From IMG/VR virus record IMGVR_UViG_3300025450_000013: a DNA stretch of 64,000 nucleotides, one strand, 5' to 3'. The notes beneath the pieces are model-generated. The model did not search any database and was not told the origin of the DNA. It saw only the letters and a list, made by a program, of their open reading frames with translations. Both the position numbers and the translations under genes were made by a program. The DNA comes from a virus. Of this stretch, positions 1 to 9,440 are shown in pieces; within the stretch, counting starts at the first letter, position 1; each line of letters starts with the position of its first letter.

Positions 1-1045
1 CTATATTAGTTCCATTTGTTCTTATATAGACAGGTGTGTTTATATCTGTTCCTAAACTAAGTGCTCCACCATTTACAACAACTGATCCCCACTGTGTTGA
101 CTGATATTGGTCAGTGAATTGTAGAATACCAGAACCACTTGAACCCGGATAAATTCTAATACCGTAGTTTCCACCACCTGTTCTGAAAACACCACCATTA
201 CCATCAATATAACTATAAGTACCAAAAGTTGCTGAACTATCAACAGATAAAGATCCTTGAACTCTAAATGATGTATAAGCAATACCATTATATTTTGGAA
301 TTGCTGCTGATCCTAAACTGTAAGCTGCATTGGCCCAAGCATATGCTCCACTCGCAACAGTACCGACATAATTGGAATTATATATTGCAGCATTTGCTTG
401 GTTGAATCCTGCATTAGCAACACCAAATGCGTATCTTAATTGATAACCAATATTATTGGCATAGTTATATGCTGAAGTTGTATTAGCAGTAAGACCGGAT
501 ACTGCACTTACAGTTAATCCTAAAGTGCTATTAGATTGATCAAATGAACTTGAAACATAATATTGCAATGCATTTGCTTGATCAAAAGCGGCCGCTGCAT
601 TGATTGTAGCACCATAGGCGATAGAATTTATAGAATTTGCAAATGTTCCTACTGAATTAACGGAACCAAATGCACTATTAGATGTTAAATAAGCAACGTT
701 TAATTTATCACTTGTTGATGAGATTAAATCATATGAAGCATTAGCAGCTGCCCATGCGGCATTAGCAGTATTGGCAATAACAAATGATGTTTGTGCGGCA
801 AAGTAAATTCCATTGGCCCAATTAAAAGCAGCATTAGCAGTATTATAAGCCTCGACGGTCTTATTCTGAATTTCACCACCAAAGTTAATAAAGATGCCTG
901 ATATATTTTCTAAATTAGCAGTAAGATTAGCGACAGAAGTATAAAGTTCACTAAAGTTATTATCAACCTTAGTAAAAGATACTCTCATTACATCGCCGGT
1001 ACCGTCATTAGGAACTGTACCTATGTTAATATATTGTTGTGCCAT
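1..1045 (-). CDS. Virion fibre/baseplate-associated protein with gp9/gp10-like N-terminal motif (runs off window start)
   Basis: ATG at 1045 reads MAQQYINIGTVPNDGTGDEMRVSFTKVDNNFSELY, the T4 gp9/gp10 N-terminal motif, followed by Ala/Asn-rich heptads; late promoter at 1072-1079; not in ORF track because truncated. Confidence 0.75.
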   Translation of the reverse strand, partial: MAQQYINIGTVPNDGTGDVMRVSFTKVDNNFSELYTSVANLTANLENISGIFINFGGEIQNKTVEAYNTANAAFNWANGIYFAAQTSFVIANTANAAWAAANASYDLISSTSDKLNVAYLTSNSAFGSVNSVGTFANSINSIAYGATINAAAAFDQANALQYYVSSSFDQSNSTLGLTVSAVSGLTANTTSAYNYANNIGYQLRYAFGVANAGFNQANAAIYNSNYVGTVASGAYAWANAAYSLGSAAIPKYNGIAYTSFRVQGSLSVDSSATFGTYSYIDGNGGVFRTGGGNYGIRIYPGSSGSGILQFTDQYQSTQWGSVVVNGGALSLGTDINTPVYIRTNGTNI

Positions 1046-1071
1046 TGTGATTTTTCCGCTGTTTGTTTACT

Positions 1072-1079
1072 TATTTATA
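1072..1079 (-). promoter_or_regulatory. T4-type late promoter TATAAATA
   Basis: Exact TATAAATA on minus strand, 26 nt upstream of ATG 1045. Confidence 0.75.
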
Positions 1080-1085
1080 CCACTA

Positions 1086-2345
1086 TTAGGTCAGACCAGT
1101 TCCTGACATTACAAATGTATTACCACTAGATCCAATACCTTGAACGCAAATTATATGTGCTAGGCCGTTTGCAGCAAGAGTTCTATTACCAGTGGTAAGA
1201 CCACCTGCTCTTAATGATACGTTTGTATTCTGTGTAATGGTAATTGATGATGATGTATTGTTAAAAATATACATTGTATTACCAGCAGAGAATACAGCAT
1301 TAGGAACAAAAATTGTTCCTGTAGCAGCAACTACGGAACCAACATCAGAAATAGTTAAACCATATGGGCTCGCTTTAGAAGAAACGAAACGATTATTTGA
1401 CAGTGCGGTGTTTGCCACACCAAAGGCCGCATTAATAACACCAAAGGCACTATTAACTGCCGTATAAGTTGTATTGGTAAGACCAAAAGCAGCAATAGTG
1501 TTGGTTGATACACCATTAGCAAAACCAAATGCCGAACTTAAAGTTGATAGAACATTTTGACCTGCAACAAACAATGAACTAGAAACGTTTGTTGATCCTG
1601 CAACATCAAGTGTATATTGTGGATTAGTGGTACCTATACCAACATTAGCACCACCTGCAAAGTCCTGAATACGCATTGCTTCATTGACTGCAAGAGAACC
1701 GCCTACGAAGAAATTTATAAACTTGAAAGTAGAAGTTGAATTAGCCGTACCAATTGAAAGATTGCCATCAGATGTGTAGAGATAACCATCATTATTAGCA
1801 TTAATAGTCCATGTTGGTAGGCTATACTTAGAACTATTAATACCAAGATCAATATAGTTTGTGGTATCTGTACCATTATCTGCGGTTGCAACAATGTCTG
1901 TGGAAGAGTTTACACCAGCATAAGCATTACGAATCTGTAATTGGACTGTATTGTTTTGTGTACCTTCAGCATCAATAATATCACCAAAGAGAGCAATTGG
2001 AGTTACAGAACCTTGAACGATTGTTAGTGGTGCGGCCGCTGTTGTTGTTCCTATACCGACGTTACCTGTTGGAAAATATAGAGTTCCACTGAACTTAGAA
2101 CCTGATGTATTTGGTAAAGCAGTATTGGCAATACCATATGCATTATTTGTCAGAGTATAAACGTTTGCAATTAAAGAACCGTTTACATCTAATCCTATTA
2201 ATAAGTCTGAACTACTAGCAAAAAGAGATGATGTAAAACCATATAATTCATTAAAATTAGCATTTACTTTGATAAACGCATCTCTTAATTTATCACCGGT
2301 ACCATCATCGGCTGTTGTTCCTGTATTAATTACTTGTTCCGACAT
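1086..2345 (-). CDS. Fibre protein with gp9/gp10-like N-terminus
   Basis: MSEQVINTGTTADDGTGDKLRDAFIKVNANFNELY motif; GNVGIGT fibre repeats; C-terminal beta module; paralogous segment in 22213-27810. Confidence 0.7.
   Translation of the reverse strand: MSEQVINTGTTADDGTGDKLRDAFIKVNANFNELYGFTSSLFASSSDLLIGLDVNGSLIANVYTLTNNAYGIANTALPNTSGSKFSGTLYFPTGNVGIGTTTAAAPLTIVQGSVTPIALFGDIIDAEGTQNNTVQLQIRNAYAGVNSSTDIVATADNGTDTTNYIDLGINSSKYSLPTWTINANNDGYLYTSDGNLSIGTANSTSTFKFINFFVGGSLAVNEAMRIQDFAGGANVGIGTTNPQYTLDVAGSTNVSSSLFVAGQNVLSTLSSAFGFANGVSTNTIAAFGLTNTTYTAVNSAFGVINAAFGVANTALSNNRFVSSKASPYGLTISDVGSVVAATGTIFVPNAVFSAGNTMYIFNNTSSSITITQNTNVSLRAGGLTTGNRTLAANGLAHIICVQGIGSSGNTFVMSGTGLT
1404..1529. repeat. 126-bp exact dispersed repeat, copy 1 (copy 2 at 22978-23103; partial copy 23138-23214)
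   Basis: Base-by-base identity read from sequence; encodes FGFANGVSTNTIAAFGLTNTTYTAVNSAFGVINAAFGVANTA. Confidence 0.9.
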
Positions 2346-2368
2346 TTACTTGCTCCACTTTTGTCGTT

Positions 2369-3373
2369 TTATTCTATTTCTGGCCACTCAATGATATCTG
2401 TCGTATAACCATAATCGTCCGTTGGTTTTGCATTAATAGGATCTGGAGTTATTTTTATACTTACTAATTCTAATGGTTTGGTATAAAATGACGCTAAGGT
2501 ACAAACACCATTGGTAGACACTGCATGTATGGTATTATTTACTTTAAATATACCTTGAGTAGCACCTAGTACCAACTGATTAGATTGACTATTATAACTT
2601 ATAACAATTGCAGTTGCAGTTGCGGTCCCGTAATTATTACCTTGAAAGACAAAATCATTTATCTTAAATGTACCGTTTGCGTTTGATGTATTTATCCTTG
2701 TTATATATCCAGATTGTAAACTTGTATCGTTCCAGATATTTGCATAAACAGTGCGAATAATCTTTGGATAACTGATAGGTCCATAATAATACATCTTCAT
2801 GGTAAAGTTAAGGGTCCAATTTACATACCTTACAGTATCAAAATCTCCCTCATATTGAATGTCATTTGATACGTTATTAAGTATGATAGGAACATCTTTT
2901 AATGCTCCTAGGTCTGGTATCATATTGGTAGATACGGTAAAATCTGGATTAAAGAATGGTAAAATCTGTTCAACAATCTGAGTACCATCGTCAATGTTCC
3001 GTGTGTAGATGTTCAACTGAAAGTTAATATCATATGGAACACCCATATAGGATGCTGAGACATGTGTGGTTGTATTGGATCTGGCCGCTTTCAATAAAGA
3101 GTTTTGTTTTCTTGTGGCGTCATATGTGATACCAGTTATTTCAAAAGACATTCTAGGTAATATAACTTGAACTGACTTCAATAAATCTGGATCTGAAAAT
3201 AAACGAGTAATCATTTTCTCTTTTGGAGAATAAATAATAGGAACTAAAAAACGATTGGTTTCTGCACCAGTTTGATCATTTGTTCTAACCAACGTAATGT
3301 CATCAAACAAACGACCAAAAAGGACGACTGCTTTACGGGTTAATTGATGATAAAATGGATCGTTACCTAACAT
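2369..3373 (-). CDS. gp15: Tail sheath stabiliser/terminator
   Basis: FYHQLTRKAVVLFGRLFDDI, VPIIYSPKEK, LPRMSFE, QIVEQILPFFNP motifs; synteny with gp13/gp14. Confidence 0.95.
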   Translation of the reverse strand: MLGNDPFYHQLTRKAVVLFGRLFDDITLVRTNDQTGAETNRFLVPIIYSPKEKMITRLFSDPDLLKSVQVILPRMSFEITGITYDATRKQNSLLKAARSNTTTHVSASYMGVPYDINFQLNIYTRNIDDGTQIVEQILPFFNPDFTVSTNMIPDLGALKDVPIILNNVSNDIQYEGDFDTVRYVNWTLNFTMKMYYYGPISYPKIIRTVYANIWNDTSLQSGYITRINTSNANGTFKINDFVFQGNNYGTATATAIVISYNSQSNQLVLGATQGIFKVNNTIHAVSTNGVCTLASFYTKPLELVSIKITPDPINAKPTDDYGYTTDIIEWPEIE

Positions 3374-4260
3374 TATGCTTTTCCAAATGGGTTATTTTCT
3401 GACAAGTCAAGTATAATACCAGCATCATTATAAACATTTTGATTATCTGTTAAATTATAAGTGGATTGATCATATTCATCAACCAATAGTATGGAATAAT
3501 TTGCTCTACTTGTATTACCAATAATATTAGCATTATTCTGGAATTCACCTACAATGTTATACAACCAAATTGTATCATTTGAAGCCATCCATTGTGTGAC
3601 TGTACCAGAGGCGGTAGAATTTGCCAGAGTACCATCGGGAGATTGATAAACTTGTTCTCCAACATAATAGTCATCCGCAATAATTCCTGGTGTTAATTTA
3701 AGTGAAATGGTGTAGTTATTATCAATACCAACTTGATCAATCTCTTCAATACCAGTATTAATAGGTTCCTGAGATGATCGGAATGCCTCACATCTCAACT
3801 CATAAACAAATGGTAATCTTTTACCTAAGGAGTGAAACATTAGTTCCTGTTCAACAAACTTAATCTCATACATTTTATGAAGCACAGGAACATATAGTAA
3901 ATCTCCTTCTCTAGGCCTCATTCTAATAGAACCTGGTAGTATATTAAGAAAAGACCTACGTGAAAGGACGAACGTATCTGTGTCCCTGATCTCTAGTCCA
4001 AACTTGGAGAAGAAATCACCTTGACCCTCATGCCCGGTGACATTGGATAGGTAGGCTTCAATAAGGTATGCTTTATTAAATGCACTTTTGGAATACTCAC
4101 CAAAGACCATATCACCTTCATCAAAGGACTCTCTAGGAACATAGTAGATATTGTGACCCATCATCTGTATGGATTCCACGATTATATCTTCCATGACTAG
4201 GTATTCGTTTGTTATTCTTTCCTGCGATGGATAGTTGTTTATGTAACGGTTGACTGCCAT
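3373..4260 (-). CDS. gp14: Neck protein
   Basis: ESIQMMGHNIYYVPR, FSKFGLEIRD, RPREGDLLY, C-terminal ENNPFG. Confidence 0.95.
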   Translation of the reverse strand: MAVNRYINNYPSQERITNEYLVMEDIIVESIQMMGHNIYYVPRESFDEGDMVFGEYSKSAFNKAYLIEAYLSNVTGHEGQGDFFSKFGLEIRDTDTFVLSRRSFLNILPGSIRMRPREGDLLYVPVLHKMYEIKFVEQELMFHSLGKRLPFVYELRCEAFRSSQEPINTGIEEIDQVGIDNNYTISLKLTPGIIADDYYVGEQVYQSPDGTLANSTASGTVTQWMASNDTIWLYNIVGEFQNNANIIGNTSRANYSILLVDEYDQSTYNLTDNQNVYNDAGIILDLSENNPFGKA

Positions 4261-4261
4261 A

Positions 4262-5011
4262 TTATCCTACAAGAAACTGAGGCGGCGCCTGGTATGTTGT
4301 CTCAATGTATTGCTCAATCTCTTTAATCTCATTTACAGCTTCTTCAAAGATTTGTTGACCGTTCATTGTAATACCGCCTGGTAACTGCATACCACCAAAC
4401 TTTTTAAGATTGTTACCCCATTGTTTTTTAACATATGCTACTGCTAGTTTTTTTAACATACGGTCATTATAAGCCTTATTATATGCTTCTGGATCAGTAA
4501 TAATGTATCCTTCAGCAACAATCCACTGGCCTGAGGTAATGTCTGATGACCAATCCCAGTCAATATAAAGGTTTTCACTAACACGATTAAAACGGACAGG
4601 AGTTTCACCAGAGAAGATCATGTCTAAGGTACGCATATGCTGCATAGTTAGAGCATAGTTTACATAAGAGGTTGATGAAAGGTCCCAAAGGTCGTTAAGG
4701 CGTAACTGGTATCGAAGGTCAAAGAAGGTCATTGACTGGTTCGTACCACCAACTGGAAATATGTTGGTTACGCCAATGACATTAGGATTCATTGTGATAT
4801 ATTGATTAGTTATATCGGTATCGGTAATAAGATGCTTTAGATATGTTCTTTCGGTTCCATCATAATGAAACTCTTGCCAATACTGAAAGGCAAGATTGAT
4901 AGCATCTTCAACCTGGACATCATCTACGTTAATTGTGATTACAGGGTAACCTAGCTGACGTAGGCAGAAATCTTTAAGTTCTTGTCTAGATGCTGGTGCT
5001 GACTGAGCCAT
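4262..5011 (-). CDS. gp13: Neck protein / head-tail adaptor
   Basis: SRQELKDFCLRQLGYPVITINVDDVQVED, KKQWGNNLKKFGGMQLPGGITMNG. Confidence 0.95.
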   Translation of the reverse strand: MAQSAPASRQELKDFCLRQLGYPVITINVDDVQVEDAINLAFQYWQEFHYDGTERTYLKHLITDTDITNQYITMNPNVIGVTNIFPVGGTNQSMTFFDLRYQLRLNDLWDLSSTSYVNYALTMQHMRTLDMIFSGETPVRFNRVSENLYIDWDWSSDITSGQWIVAEGYIITDPEAYNKAYNDRMLKKLAVAYVKKQWGNNLKKFGGMQLPGGITMNGQQIFEEAVNEIKEIEQYIETTYQAPPQFLVG

Positions 5012-5052
5012 AGTAATCCCTTTATATGGTATTTCATACTATTTAGGATTAT

Positions 5053-5658
5053 TTACCTGAACTTAGGACCTTCTACCCATATAACAATTGACTTACGAAT
5101 ACCTAAGTGTACCGGTTTCACTCTATGGATCAGAAAAGATGGAAATGCTATAATCTTACCTCTAGTCATTTCAGGTGTTCTTGCATCTTCTTCCATTCCA
5201 AGGTTTATTTGAAATTCACCCCCTGAGAAATGAACTTGTGGTTCTGATAGTAACATAACCAAAGTTAATTTTCTGACAGAATCGGTACAATCATTATCAC
5301 CTAATACCGTATCCATATGCCAGTCATACATTCCTTTATTCAAAGAATCATAAACAGTGTATTGAAAATCTTTATAACCATAAAGGTCAAATCCAAAATA
5401 AGTTGAATTTATTCTATCAATCACACCGTTAAATTTATCAAAAATCCAATAATTCTCTTCATTTCTGCTGATAAATTTTACCTTAGATTTTCTATGCTGT
5501 TCACAATCTTCACCTTTACCGACTGTTGTGGATCTATGTAATTCTTCTTTTTGACATAATTTTTCAATGTCATTCAATTCATTTTCAACAAATAAATTTT
5601 CCCACAAAATATAACTAGGTATATTTTTTCTAAAATTCACAGGATCATTTGAAATCAT
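5053..5658 (-). CDS. 2OG-Fe(II) oxygenase (prolyl-4-hydroxylase/PKHD-like)
   Basis: YDWHMD (HxD), RKLT, FPSFLIHRVKPV..G.RKSIVIW; start chosen at ATG 5658, which overlaps the upstream stop (TAATG). Confidence 0.9.
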   Translation of the reverse strand: MISNDPVNFRKNIPSYILWENLFVENELNDIEKLCQKEELHRSTTVGKGEDCEQHRKSKVKFISRNEENYWIFDKFNGVIDRINSTYFGFDLYGYKDFQYTVYDSLNKGMYDWHMDTVLGDNDCTDSVRKLTLVMLLSEPQVHFSGGEFQINLGMEEDARTPEMTRGKIIAFPSFLIHRVKPVHLGIRKSIVIWVEGPKFR

Positions 5659-6119
5659 TATGTATTGGCCACCACCATTTTGTTTGATATCATGTAATTT
5701 ATTACGTTGTTTACCACATTTGGCATACATTTATTTGCCACATCATTAATTTCATCAAGTTGTGTTTTAAGTATTAGATTGTTAGCATCATTTGCTGAAT
5801 AACTATTTACATTGTATAAAAATGTATTAACATTTGTAAAATTAACAACTGTATTAACTTTTGGTGTAATAGCCCAAAAAGGAGTTGCTGATTGTATAAG
5901 ATTTAAAATATCATTAGATGAAGTATTTGCAGTATCATATATTGTTAAATTTGTGTCGGTAGAACAATGAATAGGATAACCATTACTGGTTAACATAATA
6001 TCCCCACGAACATCAATGGAGGTTGATAGTGTATTTTCAGAAACCTTATCACTCCAATATCTAACAGTAAATGTATTTTCCTCTGGGAAAACATCTATAA
6101 TTCTAAAAAATACGTTCAT
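5658..6119 (-). CDS. Hypothetical protein, possible adhesin assembly/accessory factor
   Basis: 153-aa ORF between the Gly-rich adhesin and the oxygenase, translationally coupled to the latter. Confidence 0.55.
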   Translation of the reverse strand: MNVFFRIIDVFPEENTFTVRYWSDKVSENTLSTSIDVRGDIMLTSNGYPIHCSTDTNLTIYDTANTSSNDILNLIQSATPFWAITPKVNTVVNFTNVNTFLYNVNSYSANDANNLILKTQLDEINDVANKCMPNVVNNVINYMISNKMVVANT

Positions 6120-6129
6120 TTTATCCCCT

Positions 6130-7878
6130 TTAGACCTTAGGTCCGTTGATTGTACCCATATTTATATACTTAATATTTGAGTTACCACATATTGCGGATC
6201 CTTGAGTACCTGGTGAACCTGATGCTCCCGAAGATCCTGGTGAACCTGGTGATCCTTGAGAACCGGCATTTCCTGGATGCCCTGTTGCTCCTGGTGAACC
6301 GGCATTTCCTGGTTGACCTGATGGCCCAGAATTTCCTGCTGATCCTGGGGATCCAGCATTTCCTGGTTGACCTGAATGCCCGGCCCCACCTGTTGATCCG
6401 GCTGAACCGGCTGGACCAGGTTGACCAGAATGACCAGCTGGTCCTCCACCACCACCGCCTCCTGGATATCCTGGTTGATTTAAGTCACCGCCTCCACCAC
6501 CACCATTTGGACCGGATCTACCAAAATGATGGCTGCATCCGTGATGGTTAGCAGGTTGATGACTTGCTCCGTGATAACATCCTGAAGCGTGGTGCCCATT
6601 ATATCCACAATGGGCACAATTTACTTGGCCAGCACCTTGATGATTTGCGCTATAATGTGCTGCTGGTTGGTGCTGACCCCATCCACCACCTTGATGAGAA
6701 TGACCGGGAGGTCCATGAGGACCACCACAAGCACTACCGCCTGGGCCTGGAGGTATACCTGCACCACCTCCACCGCCGCCTCTATGACCGGAAGCTCCGC
6801 CGCCGCCGCCTCCAGGTCCTCCTGGTCCAGAATTTCCACCTGAACCACCTGGTCCGGCACTTCCTCCAGAACCACCTGGTCCTGCATTTCCACCTGAACC
6901 ACCTGATCCAGCATAACCGCCTACGCCACCAGGTCCGGCATTTCCACCTGAACCACCTGGACCTCCCGGACCCGCAGCTCCACCTGGTCCTCCAGATCCA
7001 CCAGGACCAGATGATCCTCCAGAACCTCCTGGACCAGATGATCCTCCACTTATTGTTGATGTATTGTTGAGAATTATACTAACACCATATACGGCACATG
7101 CTTTAAGTGATACACCACCAGGTTGCCCGGTGCCTCCTGTACCACCAGGTTGCCCGGTGCCTCCTGCACCTCCTGGTTGACCACATCCACCTCGGACACC
7201 TGAACCTCCCGGTTGACCACAACCACCTAGGCCGCCTGAACCTCCTGGTTGGCCTGCACCTCCTGGTTGACCACAACCACCTCGGCCACCTGGTTGACCA
7301 TAACCACCTGGTTGACCGTGACCACCTGTACCTCCTGTGCCTCCTGGAGTACCGCCTCCACCATGGTGGCCTCCACCGAACCATCCGGGTCCGTGACCTC
7401 CACCACCACCAGCACCAAATGCACCTGTACCACCTGGTTGACCGTGTGCTCCTGTGTATCCTGGTTGACCGTGTGCTCCTGTACCACCTGGGTTACCGTG
7501 ACGACCTGCTCCACCTGGTTGACCGTGTGACCCTGTACCACCTGGTGTACCTACAGATCCTGAACTACCTGTAGCACCTGGATTTCCTGTAGAACCTACA
7601 GATCCTGGAGCACCTGGTGTGCCTGTAGCACCTGTAGTACCAGCTGCACCTGCTATGGTTGCTGAATTTTTAATATAAATTAGAGTACCTGGCCTCCAAC
7701 TGGAACCTGTCTGTAAAGCAGGTGTTGAAGTTGAGGTACTTCCTATGTTAGCATTGATAAAAACAAATATATTACCAGGGTAGGATGGGCTACCTGATTG
7801 ATTGTAGAGATTAACATTATTAGTCGCGGAACTAATATTAATAATTTTTGTTGGTCTGGTAATAGGAAACAAGAACAT
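6130..7878 (-). CDS. gp38-like glycine-rich adhesin with greatly extended polyglycine-II segments and His/Cys-rich loop
   Basis: gp38-like spacers (INANIGSTSTSTPALQTG..IYIKNSATIAG; IILNNTSTISGG; GGGGAGIP; C-terminal GSAICGNSNIKYINMGTINGPKV) separated by four long Gly-triplet runs. Confidence 0.7.
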   Translation of the reverse strand: MFLFPITRPTKIINISSATNNVNLYNQSGSPSYPGNIFVFINANIGSTSTSTPALQTGSSWRPGTLIYIKNSATIAGAAGTTGATGTPGAPGSVGSTGNPGATGSSGSVGTPGGTGSHGQPGGAGRHGNPGGTGAHGQPGYTGAHGQPGGTGAFGAGGGGGHGPGWFGGGHHGGGGTPGGTGGTGGHGQPGGYGQPGGRGGCGQPGGAGQPGGSGGLGGCGQPGGSGVRGGCGQPGGAGGTGQPGGTGGTGQPGGVSLKACAVYGVSIILNNTSTISGGSSGPGGSGGSSGPGGSGGPGGAAGPGGPGGSGGNAGPGGVGGYAGSGGSGGNAGPGGSGGSAGPGGSGGNSGPGGPGGGGGGASGHRGGGGGGAGIPPGPGGSACGGPHGPPGHSHQGGGWGQHQPAAHYSANHQGAGQVNCAHCGYNGHHASGCYHGASHQPANHHGCSHHFGRSGPNGGGGGGDLNQPGYPGGGGGGGPAGHSGQPGPAGSAGSTGGAGHSGQPGNAGSPGSAGNSGPSGQPGNAGSPGATGHPGNAGSQGSPGSPGSSGASGSPGTQGSAICGNSNIKYINMGTINGPKV

Positions 7879-7933
7879 TAATTACACCTTATGAGCATAT
7901 ACTATATACTATTTAGTTACTATGGAGTTTGCT

Positions 7934-9103
7934 ATGAAAATTGGTCTTATAGGTGATCATATTACCGATATTTATATATATGGGAAAATGACTAGGTTTT
8001 CACCGGAGTCTCCTATTCCTATCTTTGACATAGAGAGAGAAGAAAGTCGTTCTGGCGGTGCTTCCAATGTCAATAACAATCTAATGGCCCTTGGTGCTTC
8101 TGTTGATTACCACTGTGACAAAATAAACTATTCTATCAAAAAACGATATGTCTGTGACGGCCACATAATGTTCCGTGTGGATGCCGATAAGACCAGCACC
8201 GTTGATCCATGTCTTGCCGAATTTACCGAAGAAACCAAGTATGTCATCCTTTCCGACTATGGTAAGGGTATTTTGACATATAGTTCTGAAGTTATTGATA
8301 AACTGAAGCAAGATGGTAAGATCGTCATTGTTGATCCTAAAAGGCATATCAGTCATTATGAAGGTGCTGATATTGTCAAGATGAATGAGAAAGAATATTA
8401 TCAGTTCTGCCCACAGGGAAAAGGTGCTTTAAAGTATTATGATATAGGAACTTTTGTGATAACCTTGGGTGGCAAAGGTGTTAGAATTATTAATGAAAAT
8501 GGTGATACAACAATTCCAGGTCTAGGATTACAAGTATCTGATGTGACAGGCGCCGGTGATGTGTTCATTGCTGCTATGACATACTACCTAGCAAAAGGTA
8601 AAGACATATATCAGGCCTGTGATATTGCGAACAAGTATGCGGCTAAGTCCGTAACCAAGTTTGGTACCTATACAATTACCGAAGATGATAAAAGAGAGAT
8701 TGAAGGTAAGATAGTATTCACCAACGGTTGCTTTGATATTCTACACCGTGGCCACATTGAATATCTACAAAAGTCTAAAAAATTAGGAACTAAGTTAATT
8801 GTAGCTTTAAACTCAGATGAATCAGTTGCTAGACTAAAAGGCACTGTCAGACCACACAATAAGCAGGAAGATCGTAAGAGAGTATTAGAGGCTCTTGATT
8901 GTGTTGATGAGGTTATTATCTTTAATGGTGACACACCATATGAAATAATTAAAGATTTGAAGCCTGACATTATAACAAAAGGTGGTGATTATAAGACTAA
9001 AGAAGAAGTGGTCGGGCATGATCTTGCTGAGGTCGTTATATTACCTTTTGTTGATGGATATTCTACTACTAAAACATTGGAGTATATGAATGGAGATTGT
9101 TGA
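7934..9103 (+). CDS. hldE: Bifunctional heptose-7-phosphate kinase / heptose-1-phosphate adenylyltransferase
   Basis: PfkB kinase (RFSPESPIP, SGGASNV, LSDYGKG, DVTGAGD) fused to nucleotidyltransferase (FTNGCFDILHRGH, NSDESV.RLKG..RP, KGGDY, FVDGYSTT); RBS GGAG before ATG 7934. Confidence 0.92.
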   Translation: MKIGLIGDHITDIYIYGKMTRFSPESPIPIFDIEREESRSGGASNVNNNLMALGASVDYHCDKINYSIKKRYVCDGHIMFRVDADKTSTVDPCLAEFTEETKYVILSDYGKGILTYSSEVIDKLKQDGKIVIVDPKRHISHYEGADIVKMNEKEYYQFCPQGKGALKYYDIGTFVITLGGKGVRIINENGDTTIPGLGLQVSDVTGAGDVFIAAMTYYLAKGKDIYQACDIANKYAAKSVTKFGTYTITEDDKREIEGKIVFTNGCFDILHRGHIEYLQKSKKLGTKLIVALNSDESVARLKGTVRPHNKQEDRKRVLEALDCVDEVIIFNGDTPYEIIKDLKPDIITKGGDYKTKEEVVGHDLAEVVILPFVDGYSTTKTLEYMNGDC

Positions 9104-9440
9104 GAAGAAATGGGGTAGAGAGATAATCTTTGCCAATAATGATAAGTATTGTGGTAAACTTCTTATACATGATAAATCCGGTTCTAAAGGTTCTATGCAT
9201 TTCCATATGAAGAAACATGAGACCTTTTATGTCCAGAAAGGTATATTCAAGATACACTGGATTGAAACCAATGATGCAAAGATACATAATACTATCCTTA
9301 GAGAAGGTGATACATGGGTCAATGAACCTGGGCAACCGCATCAGATTGAGGCTTTAGAGGACAACTCAACTATAATCGAGGTATCTACAACACACTTTGA
9401 CAATGACAGTTATAGAGTTATGCCAGGAGACGGTCAATGA
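9090..9440 (+). CDS. Cupin protein (sugar-phosphate isomerase-like)
   Basis: KKWGREI..YCGKLL..SMHFHMKKHETFYV..PHQI..IIEVST..DSYRV cupin motifs. Confidence 0.8.
   Translation: MEIVEKKWGREIIFANNDKYCGKLLIHDKSGSKGSMHFHMKKHETFYVQKGIFKIHWIETNDAKIHNTILREGDTWVNEPGQPHQIEALEDNSTIIEVSTTHFDNDSYRVMPGDGQ

Noticed and set aside
6162-7574. Many overlapping alternative-frame and antisense ORFs in the Gly-rich gene
   Set aside because: Expected shadows of GGN/CCN-rich triplet repeats that lack stop codons; no RBS or domain support
6130-7878. Simple collagen triple-helix annotation
   Set aside because: Frequent GG dipeptides, poly-Gly turns, register shift in run 3 and gp38-like spacers fit a polyglycine-II bundle better
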